Below the pieces are notes generated by a model, which had not been told where the DNA came from, did not search any database, and saw only the letters and a list, made by a program, of their open reading frames with translations. 64,000 bases of DNA from Candidatus Stammera capleta (GTDB taxonomy: Bacteria; Pseudomonadota; Gammaproteobacteria; Enterobacterales; Enterobacteriaceae): the NCBI GenBank assembly GCA_015139955.1, contig CP043991.1, positions 56,368 through 120,367 on the forward strand, written 5' to 3'. Shown here in pieces: positions 55,972 to 64,000 of the stretch. The translations under genes were made by a program, and so were the position numbers. Each line of letters starts with the position of its first letter. The first letter of the stretch is position 1.

Positions 55972-57027
55972 CTAGATCTTAAAAAGATTATTTTTTTTAA
56001 TTAAAGAAAAATAATCAATAACTTTAATTTCGAGTTCTAAAAAAATATTAAATTTCTCAAATATCTTTTTTCTAACATATAAAATTAAAGAATAAATATG
56101 TTTTGGTAATGCATCACCTAAATTAACAATAATTAATGGTTGTTTTTGATACACTTTTGCTCATCCAATAGTATAACCTTTTAAACCACATATATCAATT
56201 AATAAAGCTGCAGGAATTTTTTTTTTACCTTTTATTATATTAATATCAATATAATCTAAAGAAGGAAAATATATATTTTTTATATATTGGTAATATAAAG
56301 TATTTACTATAGGATTTTTAAATATACTTCCAACATTACCTAACACATTTGGATTGGGTATTTTACTATTTCTAATTTTTAAAATTCTAGTATATATATC
56401 TTCTGCTGTAATACTAGTATCTGAAGGATCGAAAAAATTTAATAAATCTCTATATAAAAAACAAGGTTTTCATAATTTTTTAATTACTAAACCTACCTTA
56501 ATTATTATAAAACGATTATGAAGGAAATTTTTAAAAATACTATTTCTATAAGAAAAATATAAATCCTTTTTTTTTAAAAAAAATATTCTACCTGTATAAC
56601 AATCCAATATTTTTGCATAACTAAAAAAATCTTTAATTTCTAAACCATAAGCTCCAATATTATTAACAACAGCAGCACCTACAGAACCAGGTATAAAAGA
56701 TAAATTTTCTAAACCATATATACCATTATAAAGAGTAAAATTAACTAAATCTGTTCATAATTCTCCTGAATATATATCTAAAAATCAATAATTATTATTT
56801 TGTCTAATTTTAATACCTTTAATTCTATTAATTATAATAGTACCATAAAAATCATTTAAAAATAATATATTACTACCACAACCTAAAATTAAAATATATT
56901 CTTTTTTTTTAAAACTATTAAAAGATATTCTTTTTAAATCTCTAAAATTATCTAATATATATAAAATATTAAATTTTACATCAAGATTAAAAGTATTAAA
57001 TGTTTTTAAAGAATTATAACTACTCAT
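55972..57027 (-). CDS. murB: UDP-N-acetylenolpyruvoylglucosamine reductase
   Basis: Fragments 55972-56154, 56161-56346 and 56785-57027 share one frame. LILGCGSNILF, IIINRIKGI, GLENLSFIPGSVGAAVVNNIGAYG, YRNSIFK and GSIFKNP are present. TAG at 55972-55974. Confidence 0.9.
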
Positions 57028-57532
57028 AAAATTTATTAATTAATAAATGTTCATAAAAATAAATTTTTTTTACTTCAAATAAAAATAAATATTCTAAATT
57101 TCTCATAATTTTAAAATTTAAATATCCATCATGCTCAAAACCTAAAATATGTAATAAACCATGTATAACTAAATAAGAAAAATAAAAAAAATAATTAATA
57201 CTATTTTTTAAAGAGCGTTCTAAAACTACTAAAGGACAAATAATAATATCTCCTAAATAATTATTTTTAAAATTTTTAATATAAATATTCAATTTAAAAG
57301 GAAAAGATAATATATCAGTAACATAATATTTATTTCTAAACTTACTATTTAAGTATAAAATATAATTTTTATTTACTAAAACTATAGTAGTTTTTTTTTT
57401 AATATTAAAATAAATATACGATTTTGATAATCATTTATAAAAAAAAATTTTTTGAGGTAAAAAAAAACAATCACTACAATTATAAATAATTTTTAAATAA
57501 TTTAATACTAATAATTTATTATTTATTATCAT
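57020..57532 (-). CDS. ybeY: Endoribonuclease YbeY (rRNA maturation factor)
   Basis: VTDILSFPF and the zinc motif VIHGLLHILGFEHD are present. The ATG at 57530-57532, found by hand translation, overlaps the ybeZ stop by 14 nt. The TAG at 57020-57022 overlaps the murB start by 8 nt. Confidence 0.85.
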
Positions 57533-58187
57533 AAGCCTTAATTATATTAGCTACAATTGAAGAACGCATTATATCTTTAATACTAAAATAAGTAATACCT
57601 ACATCATGAAGATTTTTACATATATTAATAGCATGTTTTAACCCAGAAATAGATTTATTAGGTAAATCTATTTGAGATATATCTCCATTAATAACTGCTT
57701 TAGAATTAAAACCTAAACGAGTTAAAAACATTTTCATTTGGGTAATAGTAGTATTTTGTGCTTCATCTAATATTATAAAAGAATCATTAAATGTTCTACC
57801 TCGCATATATGCCAAAGGAACTACTTCAATAATATTATGAGAAATATATTTTTCATTAAAATGTGGTCCTAATATTTCAAATAAAACATCATATATTGGA
57901 CATAAATAAGGATTTATTTTTTGATTAAAATTTCCTGGTAAATAACCTAATTTTTCCCCCGCTTCTACAATAGGTCTAGCTAAAATTATTCTATAAATTT
58001 TTTTTCTTTTTAAAAAATCTATAGCAGTTGCAGTTGCTAAATAAGTTTTACCAGTACCAGATACACCTATACCAAAAGTAATAGTTTTATTTAAAATATT
58101 TTTAACATAATAAAATTGCATTTTAGTTTTAGGTTTTATTAAACTATATTTAGTTTTTAAAAAAAAAGAGAAATATTTTTTTTTCAT
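57519..58187 (-). CDS. ybeZ: PhoH-like ATPase YbeZ (core domain only)
   Basis: GVSGTGKTYLATATAI, ILARPIVEAGEKLGYLPG, PLAYMRGRTF, IILDEAQN and INGDISQIDLP are present. Intact 222-aa ORF, which I verified codon by codon. Confidence 0.88.
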   Translation of the reverse strand: MKKKYFSFFLKTKYSLIKPKTKMQFYYVKNILNKTITFGIGVSGTGKTYLATATAIDFLKRKKIYRIILARPIVEAGEKLGYLPGNFNQKINPYLCPIYDVLFEILGPHFNEKYISHNIIEVVPLAYMRGRTFNDSFIILDEAQNTTITQMKMFLTRLGFNSKAVINGDISQIDLPNKSISGLKHAINICKNLHDVGITYFSIKDIMRSSIVANIIKAYDNK

Positions 58188-58189
58188 TT

Positions 58190-59521
58190 TTAAATTAAAG
58201 TTCCGTATAAAGAATTTTTATATAATTTTATTATTTTTATATTAACTAATTGACCTAATAATTCTTTATTACCTTTAAAATAAATAATTTTATTATTTTC
58301 AGTATATCCATAATAAAAACCTAAATTTTTATTAGAAATATTTTCTACTAACACAGTTTGTGTAGAATATAACATTTTATTAAGTCAATAAATAGAATTT
58401 AAATACAGCAAATTATTAATTTTATTTAATCTATATTTTTTTTCTTCTATACTAATATTATCTAACATTTTAGATGATATAGTATTAGGTCTAGGAGAAT
58501 ATATAAAAACAAAACTATTATCAAATTTAATTTCTGATATTAAATCTAAAGTTAATTTAAAATCTTTTTTATTTTCAGTAGGAAAACCAACTATAAAATC
58601 TGAAGCAAAAATCATATTCTTTCTAATAAATAAAATTTTTTTAATTAATTCTTTATAATATTTAACAGTATAATTTCTACGCATTAATTTTAAAATTCTA
58701 TTTGAACCACTTTGAATAGGTAAATGTAAAAAATTAACTATTTTATTAATTTTACTATAAGTATTAATTAATTCATCTGTAAAATTATTAGGATGACTTG
58801 TTGTAAATCTAATTCTTTTAATACCTTTAATTTTAGAAATTAATTTTAATAAATCAGAAAAATTACATTTTTTATTATTTTTAAAAACACTACAATAAGC
58901 ATTAACATTTTGTCCTAATAAATTTACTTCTGAAATACCATATAAAGATAATCTACATATTTCAGAAATAATATTTTCTGGTAATCTACTAATTTCTTTA
59001 CCTCTAGTAAAAGGAACAATACAATAAGCACAACATTTATTACAACCTTCCATAATAGAAACATAAGATAAAGATCTTCTATTTAAATTAGTATTAAAAT
59101 CTATTGAAAAATCTTTATCTTTTTCAATATTTGAAAATTCCACATCAATAATTTTTTTTTTATCTTTTTCAAATTTTGAAATAAAATCAACAATTTTATG
59201 TAAAGTTTGAGGTCCAAAAACTATATCAACTATATTACTACGTAAAAATATATTTTCTTTTTCTTGTACTGAAACACATCCTCCAACAGCAACAATTATG
59301 TCATTATTTTTTTTTTTAATATCTTTAATTCTATCTAAAAAAAAAAATAACTTATCTTGAGCTTTTTGTCTTACTGAACAAGTATTTAATATAATTATAT
59401 TAACATCTAATAAAGAATTAACTATAATATAGTTATTATAATGCAAATAAAATTTAATTTTATTTGAATCATAATGATTCATTTGACAACCCCAAGTTTT
59501 TATATATACTTTTTTGTGCAT
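58190..59521 (-). CDS. miaB: tRNA-i6A37 methylthiotransferase MiaB
   Basis: VYIKTWGCQMNHYDS is present, with the radical-SAM motif GCNKCCAYCIVPFTRG and a TRAM-like C-terminus. Fragments 58190-58375 and 58385-59521 are joined by one TGA. Confidence 0.92.
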
Positions 59522-59561
59522 AAATATTTAATAAAAATTTATTTATAAATCAAAAAAAATA

Positions 59562-59635
59562 TAGCTACGACAGGAATTGAACCTGTGACCTCAGCGTTAT
59601 GAGTGCTGTGCTCTTACCAACTGAGCTACGTAGCC
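59562..59635 (-). tRNA. tRNA-Met (anticodon CAU, elongator type)
   Basis: The reverse complement is GGCTACGTAGCTCAGTTGGTAAGAGCACAGCACTCATAACGCTGAGGTCACAGGTTCAATTCCTGTCGTAGCTA. It is close to E. coli metT/metU as I recall them. No CCA is encoded. Confidence 0.9.
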
Positions 59636-59645
59636 ATTATTTATA

Positions 59646-59717
59646 CTGGGGTACCAGGACTTGAACCTGGGATCTCGGGATCAAAACCCGATGCCTTAAC
59701 CGCTTGGCTATACCCCG
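59646..59717 (-). tRNA. tRNA-Gln (anticodon UUG)
   Basis: The reverse complement is CGGGGTATAGCCAAGCGGTTAAGGCATCGGGTTTTGATCCCGAGATCCCAGGTTCAAGTCCTGGTACCCCAG. It is close to E. coli glnU. No CCA is encoded. Confidence 0.93.
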
Positions 59718-59722
59718 AAAAA

Positions 59723-59803
59723 TACGGAAGACGAGATTTGAACTCGTATACATAAAGTACTAGATCCTAATTCTAGTGCGTCTACCAATTTCGCCACTTC
59801 CGC
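59723..59803 (-). tRNA. tRNA-Leu (anticodon UAG)
   Basis: The reverse complement is GCGGAAGTGGCGAAATTGGTAGACGCACTAGAATTAGGATCTAGTACTTTATGTATACGAGTTCAAATCTCGTCTTCCGTA. It has a long variable arm and resembles E. coli leuW. No CCA is encoded. Confidence 0.93.
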
Positions 59804-59847
59804 AACAATAATTAGTAATTATATACACTTTATTATATTATATAAAT

Positions 59848-60732
59848 ATGAAAAATAAATTATTTTTATGAAATTTAGTTAAATATTGTAGTAATTTATT
59901 TAAAAATAAAAATATATATTTTGGTCACGGCACATATAATTCATATACGGAAGCTATACATCTTATATATTCAATATTAAAAATAAATATAACAAATAAA
60001 TTTAATAAAACTAAATTTATTAAAATAAATAATAAAAAGAGAAATAAAATTATTAAACTCGCTAAACTAAGAATTAAAAAAAAAATTCCTATAGCTTATA
60101 TTACTAAAAATATTTGATTTTGCAATAGAAAATTCTATATTAATTATGGTGCATTAATACCTAGATCACCAATATCTGAAATAATAAAAAAAAAATTTTC
60201 TTTTATTAAAAAAAAATATTATCCTAAAAAAATATTAGATTTATGTACTGGTAGTGGATGTATAGCTATTTCTTGTGCATATATTTTTCCAAAATCTAAA
60301 ATAGATGCAATAGATATATCTAAAAAAGCTTTAAAAATAGCAAAAAGAAATATTTTAATACACAAAAAAAATAATCAAATAAAATTAATAAAATCTAATT
60401 TATTTAAAAAAATAAATAAAAAATATGATCTTATAATTAGTAATCCACCATATATAAATAAAAAAGAAATAAAATATTTACCAAAAGAATATCATTATGA
60501 ACCTAAAATAGCTTTAGTAAGTAAAAAAAAAGGTACTTTTTTAATTCAACAAATTATTAATAAATCATATAAATATTTAAATAATAAAGGTTATTTAATA
60601 TGTGAAACAGGACATCAAAAAAAAAAAATTATAAGAAAAAATAAATTAATTAAATTTCATTGAATAAAATTTAAAAATAAAACACATCAAGTTTTTATGA
60701 TTAAAAAAAAAAATTTATTTAAACTTAAATAA
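59848..60732 (+). CDS. prmB: Ribosomal protein L3 glutamine methyltransferase
   Basis: Not in the track. Hand translation gives YFGHGTYNSYTEAIHLI, IPIAYITKNIWFCNRKFYINYGALIPRSPISE, LDLCTGSGCIAISCA, DLIISNPPYI and YHYEPKIAL, colinear with E. coli PrmB (YfcB). Confidence 0.8.
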
Positions 60733-61500
60733 ATTTATAAAATTTTTCATATTATATTGAATAACTTTATAAAAACTAATTTTTTTTAATTCAGCAATTT
60801 TTTTAAATATAAAAATAATTTTTAAAGGATTATTATTTACACCTCTATAAGGAACAGGACTTAAATAAGGAGAATCAGTTTCTACTAATAATCTATTTAA
60901 AGGAATATATTTTACAATACTTTGTAATAAAAAATTATTTTTAAAAGTTATTAAACCAGAAAAAGATATATATAAACCAAGATCTAAAAAATAAGATAAA
61001 ATTTTTTTATTATAATAACTATAACAATGTATAACAGCACCACAACTACTTATATCAAATTTTTTAATTATATTTAAAGTATCTTTATAACAATTTCGAG
61101 AATGTATTATACAAGGTTTCTTATATTTTAAAGAAAGATATAAATGATAAAAAAACATATCAATTTGTTTTTTTTTATCTTCTTTATTAAGTTTAATCTC
61201 ATAATCTAAACCGGTTTCACCTACTGCTATAATTTTATTATAAGAAATAAATTTTTCTAAATCTAAAAAATCATTTTTATTTATATTTTTAGTATAATAA
61301 GGATGTATACCACAAGATAATTTAATTATATCTATATAAGATACTCTGCTAAATATATTAAAAAAATTTTTTAAATTAATTGAAACAGTTAATAAATATA
61401 AAAATTTATTTTTTTTACATAAATATAATAATTCTTCAATATTCTTAAATTTTTTTTTATAATTCAAAAGATCAAGATGACAATGAGTATCAATTAACAT
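60715..61500 (-). CDS. ycfH: TatD-family metal-dependent hydrolase / DNase YcfH
   Basis: MLIDTHCHLDLL, GIHPYY, AVGETGLDY, IIHSR and ETDSPYL are present. It sits in the canonical position after holB. Confidence 0.85.
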   Translation of the reverse strand: MLIDTHCHLDLLNYKKKFKNIEELLYLCKKNKFLYLLTVSINLKNFFNIFSRVSYIDIIKLSCGIHPYYTKNINKNDFLDLEKFISYNKIIAVGETGLDYEIKLNKEDKKKQIDMFFYHLYLSLKYKKPCIIHSRNCYKDTLNIIKKFDISSCGAVIHCYSYYNKKILSYFLDLGLYISFSGLITFKNNFLLQSIVKYIPLNRLLVETDSPYLSPVPYRGVNNNPLKIIFIFKKIAELKKISFYKVIQYNMKNFINLFKFK

Positions 61501-61504
61501 AGTT

Positions 61505-62458
61505 TTATTTATTTAGATGAATTAAATTATATATATTATAAGATAAATCATAAATTAAAATTTTTTTATTAAAATTTAAATTACTTTTAATTTTATTAAT
61601 ACAAAAAAATATTTTTTTTATTATTAAATTTATATTTTTAATACATATATATTTATTAATTTTTTTTAAAATATCAACAGAATCTAAATTATATATTTTA
61701 TTTGTATATTTATAATTCATAGAATCAAAAAAAAAAGTATATAAAATATATAAATTAAAATCTATTAAATAATTACTTAATATATCAATAATATTGATAA
61801 CATCTATTAAAAAAATATTTTTAATCATATTTAATATTTTAATTCTAAAAGATCATTTTTTTTTCAAAAATGCTAAAGCATCTAATGGTGAATTAAAATT
61901 TAAACGAATAGAAGTTAATATATTTTTTTTACTAAAATTTAATTTATTACTTATTCATTTATATGTATATAATTCTTTAGGAATTAATAAATTATATCTA
62001 TGACATCTACTTAAAAAAGTTAAAGGAACATAATTAGAATTTAAACATGAAAATATCAATATTAATTTATAATCTGGTTCTTCCATTAATTTTAATAAAT
62101 AATTAAAAATAAAAGGATTATTAAAGTTAAAATCAATAAAATAAATGATTTTAAAAAAACTAAAATATAAACTTTTATTTAAAAAAAAAATAATTTTTTT
62201 AATAAAAAAAATATTTAAATTTTTATTTTTTACTATAACAAAATTAGGATGACTATAATTATCAATTAAACTACAATTAATACAATTATTACAAATATTA
62301 TTATTTTTTTTTAAACATAAAATTCATTTTACTAATTTTAATACTAAATAATTTATACCTAAATTACATGGATAGTATATTAAAAAATTACAATTTTGAC
62401 ATAACATTAATTTAGAATTAATTATTTTATTATATAAATCATTTAATCATGGATACAT
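61505..62458 (-). CDS. holB: DNA polymerase III delta-prime subunit
   Basis: The N-terminus MYPWLNDLYNKI resembles E. coli MRWYPWLRPDFEKL. LLKLMEEPDYKLILIF and LSRCHRY are present. The C-terminal fragment 61505-61828 shares the frame. It lies between tmk and ycfH, as in E. coli. Confidence 0.75.
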
Positions 62459-63087
62459 TTTTTGTTTAATCATAAAAATAATTTATTTTTTAATTCTAAA
62501 AATATTTTTTTTTTACATAAATTACCATTTAATTCTATAATATTAGATAGATTACTAAAATAATTTTTATAAAAAAAATTAATTTTATATAAAAAACTTA
62601 TACCTTGAGACTCAATAAAATCAAGATTTTTAAATTTTAATAAACGTTGTATAGCTATTAATGGAGAAATATTTAAATAAAAAGTTAAATGAGGATAAAA
62701 ATTAATAAATTTTTTATTTAATAATAAAATAATTTTTTTCTCTATATTTCAACCACATCCTTGATAAGCTAATGTACTTACATAAAATCTATCAGATATT
62801 ACATAATATCCTGAATTAATAGCTGGAAGAATTGTTTTTTCAATTAATTGAACACGAGACGCATATATCATAAGTAATATAGATTTTTTTGATATCATAG
62901 AATAATCAACATTTTTTGAAAATATTAAATCACGTATTTTTTCAGAAAAATTATTACCTCCAGGATCTCTTACTAATAAAACTTTTTTAATACCCAGAGA
63001 ATATAAAATTTTAACTAAAAAACTACATAAAGTAGATTTACCAGAACCATCTATACCTTCTACAACAATAAATTTATTAACATACAT
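62443..63087 (-). CDS. tmk: Thymidylate kinase
   Basis: FIVVEGIDGSGKST, LVRDPGG and ISDRFYVSTLAYQG are present. Read through TGA codons to TAA at 62443-62445. It overlaps the holB start by 16 nt. Confidence 0.9.
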
Positions 63088-63171
63088 AAAATTATTTTTT
63101 TATATTACCAATTTACATTAATAATGATATATTATACATTATAAATATAAACATAAACTAAGAGAAAATAA

Positions 63172-63768
63172 ATGTTAGTAAATAAAATAGCTCCTGATTT
63201 TAATGCACAAGGAGTAAATAAAAAAAATAAAATTATAAAAATAAATTTTTGAGAAAAAATTAATAATAAAAATACAGTACTGTTTTTTTGACCATTAGAC
63301 TTTACATTCGTTTGTCCATCAGAAATATTAGCATTTAATAATAGATATAAAGAATTTTCAAAAAGAAAAGTAAAATTAATAGGAGTATCTATAGATTCAG
63401 TATATACACATATAGCATGAAAAAATACACCAATTAGTAATGGTGGTATAGGTAAACTTAATTTTAATATAATATCAGATATAAAAAGAAAAATACAAAA
63501 AATTTATAAAGTAGAACATAAAGATACAGGAACATCATTAAGAGCAACATTTATAATCGATAAAAATAAAATTATTAGACATCAATCTATAAATGATTTA
63601 CCTTTAGGTAGAAATATAGATGAAATTATTAGATTAATAGATGCAATAAATTTTAATGCAACAAGTAAAAAAGTATGTCAAGCACAATGGGTTCCGGGAG
63701 ATGAAGGTATTACGCCTAATTATAAAGGTATATGTGAATTTTTAAAAAATAATTATAAAAAAATATAA
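63172..63768 (+). CDS. ahpC: Typical 2-Cys peroxiredoxin (AhpC/Tsa family)
   Basis: Not in the track. Hand translation gives [53 protein letters not shown] and the resolving-Cys region [14 protein letters not shown] at 63766-63768. Confidence 0.85.
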
Positions 63769-63773
63769 AAAAT

Positions 63774-64000
63774 ATGGATTGAAAATTTAATTTTTATTTA
63801 AATACAAGTATAATATTACTCTTTGTAATACTATTTTATGGTACTGTAGTATACCCATATATAAAAAAAAAAAATAAAAAAAAAGATATTATAAATAATT
63901 TAAAAACAAACGACGAAATTTTAATTAAAGGAGGAATAATAGGAAAAATAATAAAATTAAAAGATAAAAAATATATTATTTTATTAATTAATAATAAAAA
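63774..64000 (+). CDS. yajC: Preprotein translocase subunit YajC (3-prime end beyond the window)
   Basis: MDWKFNFYLNTSIILLFVILFYGTVVYPYIKKKNKKKDIINNLKTNDEILIKGGIIGKIIKL. It has a single transmembrane segment, then the basic stretch and the GD-x-V-x-T-x-GG-like motif of YajC. It is truncated by the window edge. Confidence 0.8.

Overview
This is an extremely AT-rich, gene-dense stretch of a highly reduced gammaproteobacterial obligate-endosymbiont genome. G+C looks well under 20 percent by eye; I did not compute it. Local gene order is Enterobacterales-like.

The six-frame track looks like a field of broken genes. Every break I checked by hand is an in-frame TGA at a conserved tryptophan position. 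No gene I could close ends in TGA; all end in TAA or TAG. I therefore read the window with UGA=Trp (translation table 4-like).

Under that reading the window holds 60 protein genes and 4 tRNA genes, nearly back to back and often overlapping. In order they are:
- recD-recB-recC, ydjM
- thrS-infC-rpmI-rplT-pheS-pheT-ihfA
- a dienelactone-hydrolase-family gene, ybhL, ppa, pmbA
- fbaA-pgk, a Nuc-like phospholipase-D-family nuclease, fldA
- murI, pgpB-like, rbn, pfkA, glnS, dksA, speE-speD, map
- rpsB-tsf-pyrH, tRNA-Ser, ybgI, clsA, folA, ligA, gltX
- lepA-lepB-rnc-era, ung, trpS
- rpoC-rpoB-rplL-rplJ-rplA-rplK-nusG-secE
- murB, ybeY-ybeZ-miaB, tRNA-Met/Gln/Leu
- prmB, ycfH-holB-tmk, ahpC-like, and yajC (partial at the window edge)

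I see no rRNA, CRISPR array, IS or transposon, prophage, or recognisable defence or toxin island. I do not find a convincing novel multi-gene system here.

The things worth a second look are:
- the stop-codon reassignment itself
- domain-truncated core enzymes: ThrRS without its TGS/editing domains, LigA without BRCT, a short YbeZ
- a signal-peptide-bearing Nuc-like nuclease embedded among glycolysis genes
- tRNA genes without encoded CCA, alongside a retained RNase BN/Z
- eroded acceptor-stem termini
- convergent gene overlaps that leave no room for terminators
- stripped regulatory leaders, while the infC AUU start is kept
- very long homopolymer runs inside genes

All coordinates include the stop codon. 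They come from hand translation anchored on the supplied ORF track. Start codons may be off by a few codons, and the interiors of the longest genes were only spot-checked.
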